Positions 55,821 through 64,000 of a DNA stretch of 64,000 nt are shown here, piece after piece. The stretch comes from Chthoniobacterales bacterium. Its GTDB lineage: Bacteria; Verrucomicrobiota; Verrucomicrobiia; Chthoniobacterales; UBA10450. A program made the translations under genes and the position numbers. The notes below the pieces were generated by a model, which did no database searches, had not been told where the DNA came from, and was given only the letters and a program-made list of their open reading frames with translations. Each line of letters opens with the position of its first letter. Position 1 is the first letter of the stretch. The stretch is from the NCBI GenBank assembly GCA_046262815.1, contig JBHELY010000011.1, positions 1,783 through 65,782 on the forward strand. Direction: 5' to 3'.

Positions 55821-55821
55821 G

Positions 55822-56472
55822 CTAGGGAGTCGCGGCGGGTGATGTCGCTGGCGCCGGAGTCGTCGCCGGCTTGTTGAAATCGAATTTCACCTCCGGCGCC
55901 TTCTCCGCTCCGGCTGCGGCGGTGAAGAACGGTCGCGGTTTGAACCCAAACATCTTGTTCAACATGTTGGTCGGGAACCGTTCCAGCGCGGTATTGTATT
56001 CCTGCACCGCGCTGTTGAAATTATTTCGCTCCACCGAAATCCGGTTCTCGGTCCCTTCGAGCTGCGCCTGCAAATTCTGGAACGCTTCCGTGGCTTTGAG
56101 CTGCGGATAATTTTCGGTGACGACCAGCAGGCGCGACAACGCGGTGCTCAGTTGCCCCTGCGCTTGCTGGAATCTCTCCAGCTCGGCCGCATCAGTCGGC
56201 GCTTTGGTCGGATCGAGTTTCACCTGACCCACGCTCGCCCGCGCATTCGTCACTTCAGTGAGCGTCGATTTCTCGAAGTTGGCCGCGCCGGCCACCGTGC
56301 TGACCAGGTTCGGAATGAGATCAGCACGTCGTTGGTAGACCGATTGCACGTCGGCCCACTTCTTGTTCACGTTCTGCTCGAGCGTGACGAGCCGGTTGTA
56401 GGTGCCGCAGCCCGTCAGGCTGAAGAGCGAAGCCAGCGCGAGGATTTTGCCGAGTCCGAGAAATCTTTTCAT
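55822..56472 (-). CDS. lemA: LemA family protein
   Basis: 216 aa. WADVQSVYQRRADLIPNLV...ENYPQLKA. Confidence 0.9.
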   Translation of the reverse strand: MKRFLGLGKILALASLFSLTGCGTYNRLVTLEQNVNKKWADVQSVYQRRADLIPNLVSTVAGAANFEKSTLTEVTNARASVGQVKLDPTKAPTDAAELERFQQAQGQLSTALSRLLVVTENYPQLKATEAFQNLQAQLEGTENRISVERNNFNSAVQEYNTALERFPTNMLNKMFGFKPRPFFTAAAGAEKAPEVKFDFNKPATTPAPATSPAATP

Positions 56473-56523
56473 AAGCCAGATGCGCGATCGCGCGGGAGAA
56501 TCGTCGTTAAACTGGGTGGCAAG

Positions 56524-57168
56524 TCAATCCTGCGCAGCGGGTTCGGCCGGCGCGGACTCGGGTTCAACCGGCGCGCCGCTTTCTTTTTTCGGTGCAACCG
56601 GCAGATAACGCGTTCGCAGTTCCTCTGCGTTCGGCAATTCATCGAGATTGCGCAAGCCGAAGTGTTCCAGGAAAAACTCGGTGGTCTCGTAGATCAGCGG
56701 ACGACCTGGAACTTCAGCCCGGCCCGCTATCTTCACCAAACCGCGCTCCATCAGATTTTGGAGAACTCCGTCCACCGCGACTCCGCGCACCGCTTCGATG
56801 TCCGCGCGCGTAATCGGTTGCCGATACGCAACGATCGCCAGCGTTTCGAGCGATGGCGGGGTCAGGCGCGCCGGTTTCACCGCCGGAAAAAGTTGCCGGA
56901 CCCACGACGCGTAGGCCGGATCGCTGACCAACTGCCAGCCTTCCGATTTCTCGGCGAGTTGGAACGCGCGATCTTGCTGCACGTACTCGATCTTCAATTG
57001 CTCGAGCGCGGCCGCGATTTGGGCTTCCGTCACTTTCGCGAACTCGTTAGGTCCCGCAATAGCGGGATCGTCGCCGCCGGCGCTTTTGATCGCCGCGGAA
57101 AGCTCGCGTGCCGTGAACGGCTTTTGCGCCGCAAACAGAAGCGCTTCGATTACCTGGGCGAGACTCAT
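56524..57168 (-). CDS. scpB: segregation and condensation protein B
   Basis: 214 aa. VIEALLFAAQKPFTARELS...TLAIVAYRQPITRADIE. Confidence 0.85.
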   Translation of the reverse strand: MSLAQVIEALLFAAQKPFTARELSAAIKSAGGDDPAIAGPNEFAKVTEAQIAAALEQLKIEYVQQDRAFQLAEKSEGWQLVSDPAYASWVRQLFPAVKPARLTPPSLETLAIVAYRQPITRADIEAVRGVAVDGVLQNLMERGLVKIAGRAEVPGRPLIYETTEFFLEHFGLRNLDELPNAEELRTRYLPVAPKKESGAPVEPESAPAEPAAQD

Positions 57169-58547
57169 ACTCCGATTGCGCTTTGGATCGCTTCCGCGAT
57201 TCGGTTCGCCTGCCGATCTATCTGTTCCAGCTCGCGGCCCTCGATCAAAAGCCGGATCTTTGGTTCGGTTCCGGAATAGCGCAGGAGCACGCGTCCTTTA
57301 CCGGATAACTCTTTCTCGGCATCGCCGACCAGCTTCATCACTGCCGGCAATTCCTCCAGCGGCCGCTTCTCCTTCACCTTCAGGTTGCGCTGCGCCTGCG
57401 GATATTTTTTTAGGCAGCGCTTTAACTCACTTAATGGTTTCCCGGTCGCCTGCATGATCCGCAGGACTTGGAGCGCGCTAATGATCCCGTCGCCGGTCGT
57501 GGTGAAGTCGCGAAAAATCATGTGGCCGCTCTGTTCGCCGCCGAGATTCAGTTTTCGCTCGACCATTTCTTCGATCACGTACCGGTCGCCGACTTTTGTC
57601 CGAATAACTTTACCGCCCACTGAACCGAGCGCTTCGTCCAAACCGAAATTGCTCATGACGGTGGCGACCAGGGTCCGCTCCGCGAGCCGGCCCGTCTTCA
57701 ACAAATCAACCGCCGCGATGGCGAGAATCTCATCGCCGTCGACCAGCGCGCCGGTTTCGTCGCAAAGCAAAACCCGGTCGGCATCGCCGTCGTGGGTAAT
57801 GCCGATTCGCGCGCCGCTTTCCTTCACCACCCGCTGAATTTCTTCCGGAAACGTGCTCCCGCACTCGGCGTTGATGTTCGTCCCGTTCGGTTCGTCGTGC
57901 ACGACCGTCGCGTCCGCGCCGAGTTCGCGCAGAATGCACGGCGTCGATTTGTAAGCGGCGCCATTCGCCACGTCCACGGCCACGCGCATTTTCTCGAGCG
58001 ACATGCCGCGCGGAAAACTCGCCTTGGCAAACTCGACGTAACGGCCAAGGGCGTCATCGATTCGGCGCGCGCGTCCAATTCTTCCCGCGGTCGGCCGAAT
58101 GGAGTCGATCTCGCCGCTAAAGACGAGGTCTTCGATCTGTTGCTCGACCTGGTCGTCGAGCTTGTAGCCGTCGTGCCGGAAAAATTTAATCCCGTTATCT
58201 TCGTACGGATTGTGCGACGCGGAGAGAACGATGCCCGCGTCGGCCCGGAGCGAACGCGTGATGTAAGCGACGCCGGGAGTTGGCAGCGGCCCGATGATCA
58301 GGACATCGACGCCGAGCGACGTAATCCCCGCAACGAGTGCGTTCTCGAGCATGTAACCGGAGAGCCGCGTGTCTTTGCCGAGCACGATCTTCGGTCGCGC
58401 GCCGCTTGGATGTTCGCGCGGATTCAGCTTCGTAAAAATGTGGGCCGCGGCGCGGCCAAGCTTCAACGCCGTCTCAGCTGTGACCGGCTCGACATTCGCG
58501 ACGCCTCGAACGCCGTCGGTTCCGAAAATTTTTTTCGCCTGCGCCAC
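57165..58547 (-). CDS. glmM: phosphoglucosamine mutase
   Basis: 460 aa, GTG start. FGTDGVRG, SASHNP, GEQSGH. Confidence 0.95.
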   Translation of the reverse strand: MAQAKKIFGTDGVRGVANVEPVTAETALKLGRAAAHIFTKLNPREHPSGARPKIVLGKDTRLSGYMLENALVAGITSLGVDVLIIGPLPTPGVAYITRSLRADAGIVLSASHNPYEDNGIKFFRHDGYKLDDQVEQQIEDLVFSGEIDSIRPTAGRIGRARRIDDALGRYVEFAKASFPRGMSLEKMRVAVDVANGAAYKSTPCILRELGADATVVHDEPNGTNINAECGSTFPEEIQRVVKESGARIGITHDGDADRVLLCDETGALVDGDEILAIAAVDLLKTGRLAERTLVATVMSNFGLDEALGSVGGKVIRTKVGDRYVIEEMVERKLNLGGEQSGHMIFRDFTTTGDGIISALQVLRIMQATGKPLSELKRCLKKYPQAQRNLKVKEKRPLEELPAVMKLVGDAEKELSGKGRVLLRYSGTEPKIRLLIEGRELEQIDRQANRIAEAIQSAIGV

Positions 58548-58556
58548 TCTGATTAT

Positions 58557-58630
58557 TGTAGCGGCGGTCTATGACCGCCGACAACGTTTTATCCCTGGCT
58601 TGCATTCGGCGGTCATAGACCGCCGCTACA
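58557..58630. repeat. REPIN-like doublet: 24-bp perfect inverted repeat, each arm itself a GTAG-headed hairpin
   Basis: TGTAGCGGCGGTCTATGACCGCCG (58557-58580) and its exact reverse complement (58607-58630). The right arm contains the stop codon of the sigma-54 regulator. Confidence 0.65.
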
Positions 58631-60026
58631 GGCCTGATTCTTCCGCCGCTTTCATCTCATTAATCTTGCGATGCAAAGTGCGCCGGCTGATCCCGAGTTT
58701 TTGGGCGGCTTTCGTTATGTTCCCGTTCGTCGTCGCGAGCGCCTGCATGATGAGGCGCTTCTCGGTCTCGTGCAGGTCGAGCGCGCTCGATTTTTCGCCG
58801 AACGCTTTCGCCGGCGTTATCCCGCCGGGCAATGAAGCGCCGGCCGCCCCGCGCACATTCGCCGGCAAATCCCGCAAGGTCAGCTTCGGTCCCCGCGCCA
58901 TGACCACGCCGTGCTCGATCGCCGTCCGCAGCTCGCGCACGTTCCCGGGCCAACCGTAAGTCAGAAGCGCGTTCATCGCGTCGGCAGTTATCTCGAGCAA
59001 CGGTTTCTCGTTCACCTTGCAAAAGTGCCGGAGAAAACTGCGAAGCAGGAGCGGAATATCTTCCTTCCGCTCGCGCAACGGCGGCATGGTGAGGTGAACG
59101 ACGTTGAGCCGAAAATACAGATCGTCCCGGAATTTTCCTTCGGCGACGAGCTTCTCGAGATTCTTGTTCGTCGCCGCAATCAACCGAACATCGGCGCGTA
59201 ACGTCTGGTTCCCGCCTACGCGTTCGAAGGCGCGTTCTTCGCTCATAACGCGAAGCAACTTCACCTGCGTGCTCGCGTCGATCTCGCCGATCTCATCCAG
59301 GAATATCGTGCCGCCGTTCGCCTGCTCGAAACGACCAATCCTGCGTTCATGTGCGCCGGTAAACGCGCCGCGCTCGTGGCCGAATAACTCGCTCTCGAGC
59401 AACTGCGGCGACAGTGCCGCGCAATGCACCGTCACGAACTTCGCCTTGTTGCGCCGGCTCAAATTATGAATGGCCTGCGCCGCCAGCTCCTTGCCGGTGC
59501 CGCTCTCGCCTTCAACGAGAACGTTCGCTGAGGACGGCGCGACCTGCTTGATGGTGTCGAGCACTTCACGCAATGCCGGCGATTCGCCGATGATATTCTC
59601 AAGGCCGTAACGTTCGTCGATCTGCTGCCGCAGCGCGCGATTTTCCTGCTCCATCTTCCGGCTCGCCAGCGCGCGCGTGATCAGCATCTCGACCTTGTCG
59701 AGATTGAGCGGCTTGGTCACGAAATCGTAGGCGCCGCGCTTCATCGCTTCGACCGCGGTGTCGACCGTGCCGTAAGCCGTCATCATGATGCTGATCGGCG
59801 GATGCGGCAGTTTCAGCGCCCGTTCGATTAACGTCATGCCGTCCTCGCCACCGAGCCGCAGATCGGTAATGAGCACGTCGATCGGCTCGCGTTCCAGCAC
59901 GTCCATCGCGCCGCGAATGTCTTCCGCGATATAGGTATCGTATTCGTCCTCCAGCAAACGCCGCAGCCCATCGCGCGTGTGCTTCTCGTCGTCGACGATC
60001 AGGATCGTGGGCTGGAGAGAATCCAT
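58626..60026 (-). CDS. sigma-54-dependent response regulator (NtrC family)
   Basis: 466 aa. Receiver domain, AAA+ (GESGTGKE, ESELFGHE) and a Fis-type HTH. No adjacent histidine kinase. Confidence 0.9.
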   Translation of the reverse strand: MDSLQPTILIVDDEKHTRDGLRRLLEDEYDTYIAEDIRGAMDVLEREPIDVLITDLRLGGEDGMTLIERALKLPHPPISIMMTAYGTVDTAVEAMKRGAYDFVTKPLNLDKVEMLITRALASRKMEQENRALRQQIDERYGLENIIGESPALREVLDTIKQVAPSSANVLVEGESGTGKELAAQAIHNLSRRNKAKFVTVHCAALSPQLLESELFGHERGAFTGAHERRIGRFEQANGGTIFLDEIGEIDASTQVKLLRVMSEERAFERVGGNQTLRADVRLIAATNKNLEKLVAEGKFRDDLYFRLNVVHLTMPPLRERKEDIPLLLRSFLRHFCKVNEKPLLEITADAMNALLTYGWPGNVRELRTAIEHGVVMARGPKLTLRDLPANVRGAAGASLPGGITPAKAFGEKSSALDLHETEKRLIMQALATTNGNITKAAQKLGISRRTLHRKINEMKAAEESGL

Positions 60027-60032
60027 TCTAGG

Positions 60033-62126
60033 CTACTTCGCCACGCACCACTGATCGACCCAGTCGTTCACCGTCTTGTACCAAAGCCGCGAGTTCTGGG
60101 GCTTGAGGACCCAGTGGCCTTCATCGGGGAAGTACAACATTTTTGACGGCACCTTCAATCGCTGGAGCGTGGTGAAAAGCTGGAAGCCTTCGCTCACGTC
60201 GAGCCGATAATCGAGCTGTCCGTGCACCACCAACGTCGGCGTTTTGAATTTCTCCGCGAAAAGATGCGGCGAAAATTTTCGGTAAAGTTCGCGGCTCTTC
60301 CAGGGCGGGCCCTTGAATTCCCATTCGTTGAACCAAAGCTCTTCCGTCGTCCCGTAAGCGGACTCGCTGTTGAACATGCCGTCGTGCGAAACGATGCACT
60401 TGAAACGATCGGTATGGCCGAGGACCCAGTTCGCCATGTAACCGCCGTAGCTCGCGCCCATCGCCGCCTCGCGATTCTTGTCGATGAACGGATACGTTTT
60501 CTCGACGTAATCGAGGCCCTTCATCAAATCCTCGTAGGGCTTGCCGCCCCAATCGCCGCTGATCGAATCGGTGAATTTCTGGCCGTAACCGGTCGAGCCA
60601 TGGAAGTTGATCATGACCACGACGTAGTTCCCGGTCGCGGCGAATAACTCCGCGTTCCAGCGATAGCTCCACGAATCGCCCCACGCGCCCTGGGGCCCGC
60701 CGTGAATCAAAAATTTCAGCGGATATTTTTTCGTCGAATCGAATCCAGGCGGGCGAATAATGAAACCTTCGACGTTCTCGTTGTTCGCGCCGGGAAACGT
60801 AAACGACTCCATCGGCTGCATGTCGATCTGCGAAAGCACGGCGTCGTTCATGTGGGTGACTGCGATCGGCGCCAGGTTCGCGGTCTTTGCCTTTTCCTTT
60901 ACGTCGAGGCGGGCGATCTCGCTTGGCGCGCCAATCGAGACCTGACTGAAGAAAAGCGAGTTCCCGTCTTTCGAGAAAACAAGATCGTCGGCATGAAGTC
61001 GCGCGACCTGCTTTGGCTGTTTGCCATCCATCAGCAACACCCAGATCGGCGCTTCACCGTGATCTTCCGCGGTGAAACAAATCCCCAGCGAATCGGGCGT
61101 CCACGCCATACTGCCGACGGACCGATCGAAGTTGACGGTGGCGTTCCGGCTTTGGCCGAGTTTGCGCTGATAAATTATGAGCGACGATTTATCCGCCTCG
61201 AACCCGGCGCGCGCCATCGAGCGCCAGGCGATGTGATTTCCGTCCGGGGAATACACCGGGGTGTTATCGTTCCCCGGACTGGTCGAAATTTTCTTTCCCG
61301 CTGTTGCGGGACCAGCCATCGGGACGGTGAAAATTTCGTTGTTCGTGCTGGTCGCTTCGACCTCGTCGATGTTGCTCGTGTAAGCGAGTTCCTGCCCATC
61401 CGGCGAAACCGCGTACAAGTCCTGCCCGCCCAGATTGAACGGCGGCACGTCGTGATCGCCCGGCGTAAGATCGCGCGCGGCTCCCGGCGCGCCCGCGCTT
61501 ACCGCGAACAAATGACTCCGCTTATGTTCCGTGTAGGAAGTCCAATGCCGGTAGAGCAGCTTCGTGAAAATCTTCGCTTTCACCTTGCTCTTGTTCACCT
61601 CGTCGTCGCGTTTCTTGTTTTCCGCGTCATCCTTCGCGTCCGGATAAACTGACGACAGAAAAACGATGCTCTTCCCGTCCGGCGACCAGATCCCGCCGTC
61701 CGCGCCGGTGGAAATATTCGTGACCTGATGCGGCTGACCGTCCAGACCGCCGCTCTCCGGAGTGAAATTGCTTATCCAAATTTGCGTCGGATCGGTCGCC
61801 TTCGAAGTCCAGATGAGCTGCTTCCCGTCCGGTGAAAAGCGTGGCCGCTCTTCGTGGTTCGGCGTTTGGTTCAACCGCCGCGCTTCTCCTCCCGCGGCCG
61901 GCACGATCCAGAGATGGGAAATCTTCGTGTTCGCCTCGAGATCAACATCGACGGCATCGAACACGACCCATTTTCCGTCTGGCGAAACCTGTGGCGCGCC
62001 AACGCGTTTGAGTTTCATCATATCCTCGAACGTGAACGGGTGCTTGCCGCTTGTGCTCGGGGTTGCTGTCTGCCCGGGCGCGGAGATGGCGATCGCCAAC
62101 GAAAGAGTCAGAATTCTCCAATGCAT
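60033..62126 (-). CDS. S9 family peptidase (dipeptidyl/acylaminoacyl peptidase-like)
   Basis: 697 aa with a signal peptide. SPDG repeats and GASYGGYM. Confidence 0.85.
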   Translation of the reverse strand: MHWRILTLSLAIAISAPGQTATPSTSGKHPFTFEDMMKLKRVGAPQVSPDGKWVVFDAVDVDLEANTKISHLWIVPAAGGEARRLNQTPNHEERPRFSPDGKQLIWTSKATDPTQIWISNFTPESGGLDGQPHQVTNISTGADGGIWSPDGKSIVFLSSVYPDAKDDAENKKRDDEVNKSKVKAKIFTKLLYRHWTSYTEHKRSHLFAVSAGAPGAARDLTPGDHDVPPFNLGGQDLYAVSPDGQELAYTSNIDEVEATSTNNEIFTVPMAGPATAGKKISTSPGNDNTPVYSPDGNHIAWRSMARAGFEADKSSLIIYQRKLGQSRNATVNFDRSVGSMAWTPDSLGICFTAEDHGEAPIWVLLMDGKQPKQVARLHADDLVFSKDGNSLFFSQVSIGAPSEIARLDVKEKAKTANLAPIAVTHMNDAVLSQIDMQPMESFTFPGANNENVEGFIIRPPGFDSTKKYPLKFLIHGGPQGAWGDSWSYRWNAELFAATGNYVVVMINFHGSTGYGQKFTDSISGDWGGKPYEDLMKGLDYVEKTYPFIDKNREAAMGASYGGYMANWVLGHTDRFKCIVSHDGMFNSESAYGTTEELWFNEWEFKGPPWKSRELYRKFSPHLFAEKFKTPTLVVHGQLDYRLDVSEGFQLFTTLQRLKVPSKMLYFPDEGHWVLKPQNSRLWYKTVNDWVDQWCVAK

Positions 62127-62358
62127 AGTGTTGCCTCCGCTGAGTGCGCAAACTGTGGCCGAACTTCGGCGCGCGCAACCTTACATCAGCCGGAGCAGGT
62201 TGCTCCCGAGCATCGCGCCGTTGTAGACGAAAAAGAAAACCGCGAAGACGGCATGATACCGTTCCGATCTCGTAAAGGCGGCACGGCTGCGGTCGCTGTC
62301 GAAAGCTTTTCATGCGCGCTCGGAGAAGATAGAACAGGCGTCTCGCCGCTCATTATAT

Positions 62359-63870
62359 ATGAAACGACTTCTCTTGTTCGCTGTTGCCGCCACTCTGGCT
62401 TCCACCACGTTCGCCACTCCGTCGGGCACCAACCTCATCCGCAACGGAACGTTGATTGATCCGGGCACCTTAAAGATCGTTCCGAACACCACCATCAAAA
62501 TCGAGGGCGACCACATCACCGCGATCATTCGAAACAGCAGGGAAATCCCGAAGAAAGGCGACTCGGTCATCGACGCGAGGGGAAAATTTATCCTGCCGGG
62601 TTACATCGACACCCACGTCCACTTCTTCCAATCCGGCGATATCTACACGCGCCCGGACGCCCTCGATCTCAACGCCATTCGGCCTTACAAACAGGAGGTC
62701 GAATGGATTCGCTCCCATCTCGAAGATGCCTTCGTGCGCTATCTCCGGTGTGGGATCACCAGCGTCATCGATATTGGCGGGCCGCTTTGGAATTTTGAAA
62801 TGCGCAAGCGCGCGAACGCCACCGCGAAAGCGCCGCGAGTCGCCGCCGCCGGGCCATTGATTTCGAGCGTGTCCCGCCCGCAGCTCGACCTTGGCGATCC
62901 GCCGATCGTGAAAATCGATACGCCGGAGCAGGGACGCGAAATGGTGCGCAAGCTCGCCGCGCAAAATCCGGACTACATCAAGATTTGGTACATCGTTCCG
63001 CCCGCTCAACCGGCGCCGAGCCCCACGCCGCAATCGAGCGCAAGTGGAGGCGACACCCCACCGTCGAGCCCGGCCGCGCCGCCGTCGCCCGGCCAGAGCG
63101 ACGTGGAGCGGGCCGCGATTTTCCGGCCGGTCGTTCACGCCGTCATCGATGAAAGTCATCGGCTCAAACTGCGCGTCGCGGTGCATGCGACCGAGCTCGA
63201 GGCCGCCCGCGCATCCGCTGAGGAAGGCGCCGACCTTCTCGTCCACAGCGTCACCGACAAACCGGTCGACGACGCGTTTGTGAAATTGTTGAAGCAGAAA
63301 GGCACGATCCTCACCCCGACGCTCGTCGTCTTCGAACGTTACGGCCGTACTTTCGCAAACAAGCTCGAGCTAACGCCGGAAGAAAAAGCGTGGGGCAATC
63401 CGGAAGTCATCGCGTCACTCGACGTCACGAAAATTCCCGAGGACAAGCGGCCCGATCGGCTCAAGAAGGCGATGGCGAATCCTCAACCGATCCTCGACAG
63501 CATTCAAAAGACGTACGACGTCGCGCTGAAAAACCTCAAGACCCTTGAGGACGCCGGGATAACGATCGCGACCGGCACTGACGCCGGAAACATCGGGACC
63601 ATTCACGGCCCGGCGATCTTCCGTGAGTTTCAGCTCATGAAGCAGGCCGGTCTGACGCCGATGCAGATTCTTCAATGCACCACCGCGAATGCCGCCAAAA
63701 CTTTCGGCGGCGACACCGGCGCGAAAATCGGTTCTCTCCAGCCCGGCTACTACGCCGACATCGTAATCCTCAAATCGAATCCGCTCGACGACATCAAGAA
63801 CGCTTCCGACATCGAGATCGTGATGAAAGGTGGCGTTGCCTATCAAGCAGACGCGATCCTGCCGAAATGA
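62359..63870 (+). CDS. amidohydrolase family protein with Pro/Ser-rich insert
   Basis: 503 aa with a signal peptide. GYIDTHVHF...GTDAGN. Insert is PPAQPAPSPTPQSSASGGDTPPSSPAAPPSPGQ. Confidence 0.85.
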   Translation: MKRLLLFAVAATLASTTFATPSGTNLIRNGTLIDPGTLKIVPNTTIKIEGDHITAIIRNSREIPKKGDSVIDARGKFILPGYIDTHVHFFQSGDIYTRPDALDLNAIRPYKQEVEWIRSHLEDAFVRYLRCGITSVIDIGGPLWNFEMRKRANATAKAPRVAAAGPLISSVSRPQLDLGDPPIVKIDTPEQGREMVRKLAAQNPDYIKIWYIVPPAQPAPSPTPQSSASGGDTPPSSPAAPPSPGQSDVERAAIFRPVVHAVIDESHRLKLRVAVHATELEAARASAEEGADLLVHSVTDKPVDDAFVKLLKQKGTILTPTLVVFERYGRTFANKLELTPEEKAWGNPEVIASLDVTKIPEDKRPDRLKKAMANPQPILDSIQKTYDVALKNLKTLEDAGITIATGTDAGNIGTIHGPAIFREFQLMKQAGLTPMQILQCTTANAAKTFGGDTGAKIGSLQPGYYADIVILKSNPLDDIKNASDIEIVMKGGVAYQADAILPK

Positions 63871-64000
63871 AGCGCGCGACGCTGGTTGTTTTCCTTCTCT
63901 TCGCGTTCAGCGTTCGGGCCGGCGACAAGAAACTGCACGTCGCGAAGATTCACGGACGGATCCAGTTCGTGAATAGTTTTCCCGATTACAAAGTGCAGGC
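63867..64000 (+). CDS. exported protein, N-terminal fragment (runs off window)
   Basis: ATG 63867 overlaps the previous stop (ATGA). MKRATLVVFLLFAFSVRAGDKKLHVAKIHGRIQFVNSFPDYKVQ. Confidence 0.5.
   Translation, partial: MKRATLVVFLLFAFSVRAGDKKLHVAKIHGRIQFVNSFPDYKVQ

Noticed and set aside
62160-62313. Possible small membrane protein between the S9 peptidase and the amidohydrolase (…YHAVFAVFFFVYNGAMLGSNLLRLM)
   Set aside because: The hydrophobic frame has no start codon after the upstream in-frame stop. It is probably a gene remnant or chance.

Overview
GC-rich (about 60% by eye) bacterial chromosomal segment, densely packed with about 70 protein genes. Many long spurious antisense or out-of-frame ORFs are present, as is typical of high-GC DNA. 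Housekeeping anchors are thyA, rpoA-rplQ, glmM, scpB, ccsA and a DEAD-box helicase. The rest is dominated by exported or membrane proteins: a tricorn-like protease, two S9 peptidases, a tail-specific protease, an amidohydrolase, a POT peptide transporter, a BNR/sortilin propeller protein, a CE8 pectinesterase, DUF4331/HupE/TPR and LemA-TPM-TPM. There is also a sigma-54 response regulator. This content suggests a soil Verrucomicrobia- or Acidobacteria-like organism, which is inference only. I found no rRNA, canonical tRNA, CRISPR array, transposase or integrase.

The most unusual signals are:
1. An AT-richer islet of about 2.7 kb (37846-40562). It carries a REP-like hairpin, about 14 degenerate 21-bp tandem repeats, a hicBA module behind an orphan gene, three tandem units of about 305 bp, and a non-canonical tRNA-like element. 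The 120-nt core of the first two units is about 95% conserved while the rest has drifted; the third unit keeps only the first 53 nt.
2. The octamer CCTAACGA/TCGTTAGG occurs 16 times. It is enriched between genes, forms two inverted pairs, and inside genes is accommodated with rare Leu codons.
3. A membrane-anchored kinase-fold protein lacks all three catalytic residues and is a predicted pseudokinase.
4. A roughly 122-aa module is duplicated at the C-terminus of the pectinesterase and nested inside the DUF4331 protein.
5. There are GTAG-headed REP/REPIN-like palindromes and several unusual palindromic leaders.

All family calls come from motif recognition by eye; no searches were run.
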